A DNA stretch of 64,000 nucleotides from Rhodothermales bacterium. Lineage in GTDB: Bacteria; Bacteroidota; Rhodothermia; Rhodothermales; VXPQ01. Below the pieces are notes generated by a model. That model was not told where the DNA came from, did no database searches, and worked only from the letters and a program-made list of their open reading frames with translations. Positions 28,252 to 36,632 of this stretch are shown one piece after another (position 1 is the stretch's first letter; the number at the start of each line of letters is the position of its first letter). Where the stretch lies: assembly GCA_951812335.1 (NCBI GenBank), contig OX638293.1:2523175-2587174 (forward strand), given 5' to 3'. The translations under genes were made by a program, and so were the position numbers.

Positions 28252-28728
28252 ATGCCCTCATCGCTTGCTTACATTCTCGTCGGCGCGCTGATTATCGCTG
28301 TGCAATGGCTTTTTCTGGGAAGAATCCATATAGGAAATGCCTGGCCGGACGCCGTGCTGCTGTACGTAGCCTGGACAGCCATACAGCTCGGTCGGCGGAA
28401 AGGAGCCCTTACGGGATTCGCAAGCGGTTTTTTTATGGATGCCCTCTACGGAACATGGGGCATTCAGATGTTCGTGAAAACGTTGACAGGATTTCTCATA
28501 GGACTTTTCAAGCCCACCGAACGGGAAAGCTTCCCGGTAATCCCCTCGTATATTTTCGTCGGCAGCCTCGCCGTGGCGCTATTGCACAACGGGCTGTTCG
28601 CCCTGTTTATCGCGCTGGACGCAAGCACGAAAAACGTATCCATCGTCACCGGCGTATGGCTTGGTTCCTCGCTCTACACCGCTGCCCTTGCAGGATTGGC
28701 TATCCTCTTCTTGATCAGAACGCGCTGA
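28252..28728 (+). CDS. mreD: rod shape-determining protein MreD
   Basis: 158-aa polytopic membrane protein with PDAVLLYVAW...GFASGFFMDALYG, the MreD signature region. No mreB or mreC is adjacent. Confidence 0.6.
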   Translation: MPSSLAYILVGALIIAVQWLFLGRIHIGNAWPDAVLLYVAWTAIQLGRRKGALTGFASGFFMDALYGTWGIQMFVKTLTGFLIGLFKPTERESFPVIPSYIFVGSLAVALLHNGLFALFIALDASTKNVSIVTGVWLGSSLYTAALAGLAILFLIRTR

Positions 28729-28736
28729 CGGACTTA

Positions 28737-28748
28737 ATCAGAGTATCC
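28737..28748 (+). repeat. dispersed repeat, core only (ATCAGAGTATCC)
   Basis: Overlaps the last codons and the stop of dapA on the opposite strand, 9 nt after the mreD stop. Confidence 0.5.
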
Positions 28749-29634
28749 CCAGGTGGGGACGAAACGCCCCGATCACGCGCGGAAGCGCCCGCTTCGTAAT
28801 CCCGACCAGAGGCAGGCGCAGGCTACCGTTCATGCGCCCCATTTCCGCCAGCATGGCCTTGACCGGGATCGGATTCGTCTCGTAAAAACAGGCCCGCATG
28901 GCCTCCAGCAGGTCGAAATGCCCCCGGCGCGCATCGCCGAGGCGGCCTTCCAGCGCTGCACGAGTAAGATTCGAGAAAGCCGCAGGCAACACATTAGCAA
29001 CCACGGAAATCACGCCATGTCCGCCCATCGCAACCAGCGGCAACGTCATTTCGTCGTCGCCGGAATACACGGCCAGGCGATCGGGACGGCCCGCAATCAG
29101 GTCGCCTATCTGCGCAATGCTTCCCGAGGCCTCTTTGATGCCAACCACCGAAGGGAGCTCCTGCGCCAGTTCGAGAATGGTGTCCGGAAGAATATTGAAG
29201 CTGGTGCGGCCGGGCACATTGTACAGCACGATCGGACAATCCGTCTCTGCGGCGATCGCCTGTACGTGGGCCTTGAAGCCCGCCTGCGTCGGTTTGTTGT
29301 AGTAGGGGCCCACCACAAGCAGACCGTCGGCGCCGGCATCTGCCGCCTGCTTCGAAAAAATAATGCTCTCGCTCGTGGAGTTGTTGCCCGTACCTACAAT
29401 GACGGGTACGCGTCCATCCACGTGTTCGATGGCGGCAACCACGAGCTTCTCGCGCTCTTTGGGCCAGATTGTGGCGTTCTCGCCGGTCGTGCCGAGCACG
29501 ACAAGCGCCTCGACGCCCCCGGCGACCTGCATATCCATGTGGCGGCAAAACGCCTCGAAATCAATCCGGTCTCCATCCGGAGTAAACGGCGTAACGAGGG
29601 CCGTTCCGGTACCGGTAAAAAGAAAATCGCCCAT
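28738..29634 (-). CDS. dapA: 4-hydroxy-tetrahydrodipicolinate synthase
   Basis: The start at 29634 gives MGDFLFTGTGTALVTPF. GTTGE motif and the Schiff-base lysine block VGIKEASG. The ORF-track frame opens at 29874. Confidence 0.93.
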   Translation of the reverse strand: MGDFLFTGTGTALVTPFTPDGDRIDFEAFCRHMDMQVAGGVEALVVLGTTGENATIWPKEREKLVVAAIEHVDGRVPVIVGTGNNSTSESIIFSKQAADAGADGLLVVGPYYNKPTQAGFKAHVQAIAAETDCPIVLYNVPGRTSFNILPDTILELAQELPSVVGIKEASGSIAQIGDLIAGRPDRLAVYSGDDEMTLPLVAMGGHGVISVVANVLPAAFSNLTRAALEGRLGDARRGHFDLLEAMRACFYETNPIPVKAMLAEMGRMNGSLRLPLVGITKRALPRVIGAFRPHLGIL

Positions 29635-29663
29635 GCCTGTGCTCTGAAATGATGGTTCTGGTG

Positions 29664-29705
29664 AAAAAAGATGCGCCCGCGGCATGATGCGCCGGTGCGC
29701 ATCAT
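29664..29705 (-). terminator. hairpin / U-tract element between dapB and dapA (terminator- or attenuator-like)
   Basis: The minus strand reads AUGAUGCGC-ACCG-GCGCAUCAU, overlapping the dapB stop. A second GCGCAUC arm follows, directly abutting UUUUUU. The two alternative 3' arms compete for the same 5' arm. Confidence 0.4.
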
Positions 29706-30460
29706 GATCCGAGCCATTCGGCCAGCAGATCGTCCAACGTAAAAAGTCCCTTCCGACCCGGAAGCCACTCGGCGGCCCGTACCGCCCCGAACGCGAAACC
29801 GCGCCGGTCTTTCGCTTCGTGCGAAAACACCAGTTTGTCGAACGGGCTGTCGAGCGAAAGATCGTGCTTGCCAACCACGCCGCCCAGCCGGGACGAGGTT
29901 ACGTGGAGCGCATGAGCGTCGATGCGCCCGTGTTGCGTTTCGGTTTCAACACGACGCTTCCTCTCGAGCCCATCCAAAATCAGATCGCCCAGCATGAGCG
30001 CCGTACCGGAAGGGCTGTCGGCCTTGCCGATATGATGGGATTCGTGGACGGAAACATCGTATTCCGGCAATTCGTCAAGGAGCGGCAGGATAGATTGCAC
30101 TGCCCTTGCGAGCAATGCCACACCGATAGAAAAATTCGGGGCGTAGAGGATGGAGCCATCGTGCTTGTCCACCAGCGCCTGCACTTCGTCGAGCCGGTCA
30201 TACCAACCGGTCGTGCCGATCACGGCGGGAAGACCCCACAGGCAATACCGTTCGATATTCTCCGGCGCCGCATCGGGAAGCGTAAAGTCGATGACTGCGT
30301 CGGCGGATTCCAGCGCATCCGGCATATCCGGGGCGTGGGGCAGGGACGGGTACCGGTCGATGTACTCGTCGAACCGGGCCGCGATTTCGTGACCGCGCCT
30401 CGCGGCGAGTTCGCTCACCGCCTCGCCCATCCGTCCCATGCCAACCAATATTATTCGCAT
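29702..30460 (-). CDS. dapB: 4-hydroxy-tetrahydrodipicolinate reductase
   Basis: MRIILVGMGRMG Rossmann start and the ESHHIGKADSPSGTA signature. Confidence 0.93.
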   Translation of the reverse strand: MRIILVGMGRMGEAVSELAARRGHEIAARFDEYIDRYPSLPHAPDMPDALESADAVIDFTLPDAAPENIERYCLWGLPAVIGTTGWYDRLDEVQALVDKHDGSILYAPNFSIGVALLARAVQSILPLLDELPEYDVSVHESHHIGKADSPSGTALMLGDLILDGLERKRRVETETQHGRIDAHALHVTSSRLGGVVGKHDLSLDSPFDKLVFSHEAKDRRGFAFGAVRAAEWLPGRKGLFTLDDLLAEWLGS

Positions 30461-30508
30461 ACCATATCCCCGGTCTTTATTGAGGCTGTATGTTCGTACG
30501 CCCCGCCG

Positions 30509-32977
30509 TCAGGCTCCCAGTTCCGCAGCTTTGATCAGGTCGGCCAGAATGCCTGCGGCCGTCACCTCGGGCCCGGCGCCCGGTCCCTGCACCACAAGCG
30601 GATTGTCGAGGTAGCGTTCCGTCGTATACACGACCATGTTATTGCTGCCGTCGAGCCGCGCAAAAGGCGAATCCTGTTCGATACGCCGCGTTTGTACGCT
30701 CAGCCTCCCCTCCTCCATGCGGCCGATGTACTGCAAACGCTGCCCTGCACCGGCAGCTTCCTCGATACGTTCTTTCCATACGGCATCCAATTCGGTTGCG
30801 CGCTCCATGAACCCGTCCAACGATACGCCGAGCAGGGAGGACGGCGCCAGCGAATCGACCGCAATATCACTTCGTTCGACCTGAAGCCCTGTCTCCCGAG
30901 CCAGAATAAGAATCTTGCGCGCCACATCCTCTCCTTGCAGGTCTTCCCTCGGATCCGGTTCCGTGTAGCCTTTCTCACGGGCGTTGCGAACGGCCTCGGA
31001 AAACTTCATCCCCATCGCCATGCTGTAGAAAATATAGGCCAGCGTCCCCGAAAATACGCCCTCGATCCGTATCACCCGGTCGCCGCTTCGAATCAGGTCG
31101 CGCAGCGTGGAAATCACCGGCAACCCCGCACCCACCGTCGTCTCGTAGAGATACGGGACCTGCCGGCGGTGCGCCGTGCTTAACAATTCTTCATAGAACG
31201 CCTGGTCTTGCGTATTGGCGCGCTTATTGGGCGTGATGATCGATATGGAACGCGACAGCAACTCGGGATACTTCGAGGCTACTTGCTCGGAAGCCGTAGC
31301 GTCGATGACCATCATCCGGTGCAACCGCCCTGCCTGGAGTTGATCCATCACCGCATCGATCCCTCCCTGTCCTCCATTTCCCAGCGCCTCGACAGCATGA
31401 GCAAAGGGGATGCCCGCCACATCCCAGGCCATTTTCCTGGTATTGGCAAGCCCCACGAGCTGGATATTCAGCCTGAGACTATGCAAAAGCGTTTCCTGTT
31501 GATGCTCCAGCATTCTCAGCAGCGCCCGCCCGATCACGCCTGCGCCGATAAGAAAGACATGCACCCGGTGTCGCAACAAGGCGAATTCATCGTGCAGGGC
31601 ATGCACGGCGTGTTTGACCTCCGCATCGGATACCACCGCCGAAATGTTCGTCTCCGCCGCCCCCTGCGCAATAGCCAGCACGTTGACCCCGTCGCGCCCC
31701 AGCGTGGAAAACATGCGACCGGCCAGCCCGGGACGCTGCCGCATATTGTCTCCCACCACCGATACGATGGCGCATTGCCCCATGGTATATACACGAGCCA
31801 CATCGCCCCGGACCAGTTCGAGTTCGAACTCTTCCCGAACCAGATTGGCGGAAAGTTCAGCGTGCCCGGACGGCACCACCGCACAAAGGCTCTGCTCCGA
31901 CGAAGCCTGCGCGATCAAAAACACATTGATGTTGCGGGCAGCCAGCGCTGTCAGCGCACGTGCGGAAATGCCCGGTATCCCTGCGAGCCCTGTTCCCTCC
32001 AGCATAACCACCGCAACATCCCGGATCGTGGTAATGGCTTTGACATGCCCCTCCATCGTCGTCGTATCCTTCGAAATAAGGGTACCCGGCGCCGATGGAT
32101 TCAGCGTATTCCGAATGCAAAGAGGGATGTTTTGCGAAAGCAAGGGGCGCATCGTGCGGGAATGCAGCACTTCCGCCCCGAAATAGGCGAGTTCCGCCGC
32201 TTCCCGGTAACTCAACCGGGGGAGTGCGAAGGCTTCCGGCACCAACCGGGGGTCGGCGGACAGCACCCCGTCCACATCGGTCCAGATCGTGACCCGCTCC
32301 GCCCCGAGAGCACCCCCGATAATCGTGGCCGTATAATCGCTCCCCGAACGACCCAGCGTGGTCGACACCTTGCGCACCGTGGACGCAATGAACCCGGTCG
32401 CCACCAGGATATCGCCCTTGTCGCATGAAGCGAAACGGGCGCGGACCCGTTCATTGGTCTCGTCGAACAGTACATTCGCTTCTCCGAACGAGGCATCCGT
32501 ACAAACGATATCCCTGGCGTCCACGGCCTCCGCATTCTGACCCGCCGCGCGAAAGGCGGCCGCCACCATCGGGGCGGATAATTGTTCTCCCAGGCCGAGT
32601 ACGGCATCGCGAGCCCGATCCGTACATTCCCGAAGCAGGTACACGCCATCCAGAAGCTCGGTGAGTTCCAGCATCCTGGCTTCGATCAATCCCCGCAGAG
32701 AAGCCTTCTCCGCATCGCTGGCCAGCGCATCTGCAACGCCAAGATGCTGCGTCCCGAGCTCGCGAAGGATATCGCCATGGTTACCGGCACGCGCAATGGC
32801 CAGATCGATCGCTTCGAGAAGAGTGTCCGTCACCCCGCCCAGTGCAGATACGACCACGATGCGCAAGCCGTCGCTATCTTCGTTCGACACGAGATCGACT
32901 ACCCGCCGAATACGCTCCGCCGTCGCCACGGAGGTGCCGCCAAATTTGTGTATGTAAACGGGGCGTTCGGAGGACAT
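30509..32977 (-). CDS. thrA: bifunctional aspartate kinase / homoserine dehydrogenase
   Basis: The start at 32977 gives MSSERPVYIHKFGGTSV (aspartokinase). ACT region, then the homoserine dehydrogenase NAD motif FLIGAGVIGRALL. The ORF-track frame opens at 33151. Confidence 0.9.
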   Translation of the reverse strand: MSSERPVYIHKFGGTSVATAERIRRVVDLVSNEDSDGLRIVVVSALGGVTDTLLEAIDLAIARAGNHGDILRELGTQHLGVADALASDAEKASLRGLIEARMLELTELLDGVYLLRECTDRARDAVLGLGEQLSAPMVAAAFRAAGQNAEAVDARDIVCTDASFGEANVLFDETNERVRARFASCDKGDILVATGFIASTVRKVSTTLGRSGSDYTATIIGGALGAERVTIWTDVDGVLSADPRLVPEAFALPRLSYREAAELAYFGAEVLHSRTMRPLLSQNIPLCIRNTLNPSAPGTLISKDTTTMEGHVKAITTIRDVAVVMLEGTGLAGIPGISARALTALAARNINVFLIAQASSEQSLCAVVPSGHAELSANLVREEFELELVRGDVARVYTMGQCAIVSVVGDNMRQRPGLAGRMFSTLGRDGVNVLAIAQGAAETNISAVVSDAEVKHAVHALHDEFALLRHRVHVFLIGAGVIGRALLRMLEHQQETLLHSLRLNIQLVGLANTRKMAWDVAGIPFAHAVEALGNGGQGGIDAVMDQLQAGRLHRMMVIDATASEQVASKYPELLSRSISIITPNKRANTQDQAFYEELLSTAHRRQVPYLYETTVGAGLPVISTLRDLIRSGDRVIRIEGVFSGTLAYIFYSMAMGMKFSEAVRNAREKGYTEPDPREDLQGEDVARKILILARETGLQVERSDIAVDSLAPSSLLGVSLDGFMERATELDAVWKERIEEAAGAGQRLQYIGRMEEGRLSVQTRRIEQDSPFARLDGSNNMVVYTTERYLDNPLVVQGPGAGPEVTAAGILADLIKAAELGA

Positions 32978-32990
32978 GGAAGAATTCGGA

Positions 32991-34763
32991 TCAGTCGAGA
33001 CGATGCGTGATTTCAACCTGATGAGGACCCCGCACGAGATCCGGTTCTTCCAGAGAAACCTCAAGCCGGATCGGCCCTGCGGGCAGAGAAAGCCCTTCGT
33101 ACTGCACGACGCCCTCTCCTGCTGCGGCCTCCACGGAGTACTCCATATCATCCGCCCGGAGCAGCACGGTCAGCGGTTTATCGGAGGGGTCGAACCGCAC
33201 CAGTACGTCATAGATCCCTTCGCCCCTGACGTCCAGTAACCAGAAACCCTGTGCATTGCGGCTCCATCCCGCCTCTACGGAGCGCCAGTCCTGCCGGGTA
33301 AGGGTCGTCGGGTTTTCGTGCGGCGTGCCCACGTGAATGCGTGGGGGAGCATAATTATCGGGCCGGGTGCTACCCACATCGTCGAACCAGGCATCGTAGC
33401 GTACCGTCAGGTCCTCCACGACGTCGGGACGTGCGGCAGCCAAATCCGCGAGAGCGTGCGGATCCTCCAGCATGTCGTACAATTCGAACGCCGGCCCCCC
33501 TTCCGGGAGCGCCTCCTGCCTGAACCCGCTGTTGTTGACCAGTTTCCAGCGCGGAGTGCGCACCGAAACATGATGGTAACGATCCGGCGCATTGCCGCGG
33601 TGCGTTTGCAGGACAAGCAAACGATCGCTCTGATCCACTTCCTCGCCCAGTAACGCCGGCAAGAGGCTCTGCCCGTCGATCGTGCGGTCGTCCGGGAGCG
33701 CCACCCCCGCCGCATCGAGCATCGTGGGCATCAGGTCGATATGCGCCGATATGTGATCGTCGACATGTCCCGGGGTAAGCCGCGCAGGCCAGCGCATCAG
33801 GAGCGGCGAACGAATCCCCCCCTCGTACACGCTGGTTTTCATGCCTTGCATGCCCGCCACGTAGCGGCGCGTGTTCGGGCCGTTATCGACCATGAACAGG
33901 ACCAGCGTATTCTCCGCCAGACCCGACTCGTCGAGCCAGGCCGTGAGCCGTCCCATGTTTTCGTCGATGTTGTCGATCATGGCGAAGATGCGGGCGAGGC
34001 GATCCGGGTTGTTCTCTTCCGGCAGCGGGTGTCCGGCTTCCTGCGGAAATCTCGCGGGGTCCAGATCCTGTTCTGCGTAGTACGTATACAGGTCCTCCGG
34101 CACGTCGTGGTACGGCGAATGGGGTGCATTCGCAGCGATATAGGTGAAGAACGGGCGCCCGGCCGCATGTTCGCTTTCCATCCACTGTCGGGCCTCGTCG
34201 AAATAAATGTCGGTGCAATACCCGGTCATTTGCTCCAGTTCGCCATTGCGCAGCAGAATCGGATCGGTGTATGCTCTTTCCCCACCCGGCGGATCCGACG
34301 GCTGGCCAATCCCCCCGCCCCGGTGTACGAGCGCTTCTTCGAATCCCTGGTCCTGCGGGCGCATGGGATAGTTGTCCCCAAGATGCCACTTGCCGAAGAT
34401 GCCCGTGGCATAGCCGGCACCCTGGAGCAATTCGGCCACCGTGATCTCGTCCGGGTCCATCATAGCCCGCCCCAACCAGGTATCGACGACGCGTGTCCGG
34501 TAGTTGTACCGCCCCGTCATGAGCGATGCGCGTGTGGGAGCGCAGACCGGGCTCACATAAAACGGGTTGACCCGGATGCTCTCTGTCGCCAGTTCGTCCA
34601 GGTGGGGCGTCCGGAGAATCGGGTTGCCCGTGAACCCGAAATCCCCGTAGCCCTGGTCGTCCGTAATGACGAGGATGATGTTCGGAGGCGTATCGCCGGA
34701 AGGAGCGGCGCATCCTGCGAGGAGAAGCAGTGGAACGAGAAACGGGAGAGAAAAGCGCATCAT
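32991..34763 (-). CDS. arylsulfatase (formylglycine-dependent) with extra C-terminal domain
   Basis: Lipoprotein-like leader ...LLLAGC, then ITDDQGYGD and CAPTRASLMTGR. Confidence 0.9.
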   Translation of the reverse strand: MMRFSLPFLVPLLLLAGCAAPSGDTPPNIILVITDDQGYGDFGFTGNPILRTPHLDELATESIRVNPFYVSPVCAPTRASLMTGRYNYRTRVVDTWLGRAMMDPDEITVAELLQGAGYATGIFGKWHLGDNYPMRPQDQGFEEALVHRGGGIGQPSDPPGGERAYTDPILLRNGELEQMTGYCTDIYFDEARQWMESEHAAGRPFFTYIAANAPHSPYHDVPEDLYTYYAEQDLDPARFPQEAGHPLPEENNPDRLARIFAMIDNIDENMGRLTAWLDESGLAENTLVLFMVDNGPNTRRYVAGMQGMKTSVYEGGIRSPLLMRWPARLTPGHVDDHISAHIDLMPTMLDAAGVALPDDRTIDGQSLLPALLGEEVDQSDRLLVLQTHRGNAPDRYHHVSVRTPRWKLVNNSGFRQEALPEGGPAFELYDMLEDPHALADLAAARPDVVEDLTVRYDAWFDDVGSTRPDNYAPPRIHVGTPHENPTTLTRQDWRSVEAGWSRNAQGFWLLDVRGEGIYDVLVRFDPSDKPLTVLLRADDMEYSVEAAAGEGVVQYEGLSLPAGPIRLEVSLEEPDLVRGPHQVEITHRLD

Positions 34764-34906
34764 GTGGAAAGTCCGGATAAATCAGAGAAAACGGGGGAAA
34801 CAGGGAAAATGCTGAAAAGCAGGCAAAACAAAAAATCAGGGAAATTACAAAATGCGTGGAAAATAGAAAATGTCAAGGGGAACAATAAAGTGCGGGGAAA
34901 ACATCG

Positions 34907-36490
34907 TCATCTGGTCAATCGCGCCGCAAGAGGCAGCACCGGATCGTCGATCTCGGTCATGCGCTCCACCAGACGGGCGTCGAGGTACTCGAGCGCGGTG
35001 CGGACTTCCGGCGTGTCTTCCGCAATGAGATTCACGCTTTCGGCGGGGTCTTCCGCCAGATTGAACAACTCGTCGCGGCGTGCATCGAGCAGATCGCGGA
35101 CGAGTTTCCATTCGGGAGTCCGATACGCACGCATGTGTGTCCAGGACTGATGATGCGTGGAATATTCCGCATACAACTCGGTAGGCCAATCTTCCGGCGT
35201 ATCGCCCCGTAATAGCGGCACGAAACTGCGCCCCCGGAGCAGTACCCCGGCAGGCACATCGGCTCCGCCCATCTCCGCAAGCGTGGCGTACCAGTCGAGA
35301 TTGCTTACGATCGATTCCACCACCGTACCGGGCGCGGTTACTCCCGGCCACCGGACGAGCAGCGGCACCTTCAGCGAATTGTCGTACATGTTCGGACGCT
35401 GCCCCTGCGGCACATGGTACGTCCCCGGCGGCGGATCGGTCAGGATCCAGTGTCCGTTCCCCTTGTGCCATATCCCGTTATGGCCCATGTTGTACCCATG
35501 ATCGGACGTGAAAACGACAATGGTGTGATCTGTAAGGCCGAGTTCGTCGAGCACCTCCAGAATGCGCCCCAGGTTACGGTCGATGCTAGCCACTGCCGCA
35601 AGATACTCGGGCATATAGCGGCGCAGGCGTTCCGTATCGAGCTGGGGATAATCGGGATTGGGGAAAACGGGGTCGAGTCCGTCGTACGGCGCCCAGTCTT
35701 CCTCCGGCAACGGCAGCCAGGCGGCATGGGGGGCCCGGTAGTGTAGCGACAGCATGAAAGGGCCCTCCCGATGCTCCCGAAGAAACTCGATGGCCCGGTC
35801 CGTCAGGATGTTCTGGGGAAACCCTTCGTGCACCGCCGTCACGCCGTTCTCTTCGAGAACAGCATCTCGCGGGGGAATGCCCCCGCCGCGAAATCCGAAG
35901 AAAGAATCGTACCCCATCGTGGTGGGATGGTACCGATCCTGCGTGCCAAGATGCCACTTGCCGATCAGTCCCGTCGCATAGCCCTCCTGGTTCAGCAGAT
36001 CGACCCAGGTGAGAAGGCCCGGATCCAACCCGTGACCGACCTCCCGTTGAGGATTGATCCAGTCCCATATATCCACTTCCGAGCCATAGCGGCCTGTCAT
36101 AAGTTCGGCCCGGGACGGACTGCACACGGGCGTCGCAACGAAGGCATTACTGAAAAAGGCCCCCTCGGCTGCAAGGCGATTCATGTGGGGCGTGCGCAGA
36201 TTCGGGTGACCCGCACCAAGCACGGCGAAATTTTCGGGGGCGCTCTCCATGGCTTGCCCCATGGACGCGGCCAGCGCATGGCCCTCTGCACCCAGCGCCC
36301 ACGGCGCCTGATCGTCGGTCAGAATGAAGAGAATATTGGGTTTCTCCGGCGGGTCGGCGGCGCCTGTATCCTGGGCAGCGGCAGGGAACGCCAGGAAAGC
36401 GGCAAAGAAGATCGCCAGCGCCCGACATACAAGGAACACTCGGCCTGCCCGGCGGGCAGCCATACGATCGGACGCGGATTCGATGCCCAT
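34907..36490 (-). CDS. sulfatase (formylglycine-dependent)
   Basis: LTDDQAPWALG and CSPSRAELMTGR. The start is uncertain: candidate ATGs at 36490 or 36463, and the ORF opens at 36568. Confidence 0.85.
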   Translation of the reverse strand: MGIESASDRMAARRAGRVFLVCRALAIFFAAFLAFPAAAQDTGAADPPEKPNILFILTDDQAPWALGAEGHALAASMGQAMESAPENFAVLGAGHPNLRTPHMNRLAAEGAFFSNAFVATPVCSPSRAELMTGRYGSEVDIWDWINPQREVGHGLDPGLLTWVDLLNQEGYATGLIGKWHLGTQDRYHPTTMGYDSFFGFRGGGIPPRDAVLEENGVTAVHEGFPQNILTDRAIEFLREHREGPFMLSLHYRAPHAAWLPLPEEDWAPYDGLDPVFPNPDYPQLDTERLRRYMPEYLAAVASIDRNLGRILEVLDELGLTDHTIVVFTSDHGYNMGHNGIWHKGNGHWILTDPPPGTYHVPQGQRPNMYDNSLKVPLLVRWPGVTAPGTVVESIVSNLDWYATLAEMGGADVPAGVLLRGRSFVPLLRGDTPEDWPTELYAEYSTHHQSWTHMRAYRTPEWKLVRDLLDARRDELFNLAEDPAESVNLIAEDTPEVRTALEYLDARLVERMTEIDDPVLPLAARLTR

Positions 36491-36632
36491 CGTGGCGGAA
36501 CGAATCGGATCGCGCCCGGAAATCGGCGTCCGCAGGGTACGAGAAGACAGAAATTGCACCATAGCCATATGCAGAAAGGAGTCATCGCCCTAATGATACC
36601 GGCCGCAGAGCGTTTCGGCAAGGGGATCGCAC

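Noticed and set aside
32978-32990. Lysine or threonine riboswitch or leader upstream of thrA / dapB / dapA
   Set aside because: The gaps upstream of thrA (11 nt), dapB (48 nt) and dapA (67 nt) are too short for a lysine riboswitch aptamer, and none of its conserved helices is visible.
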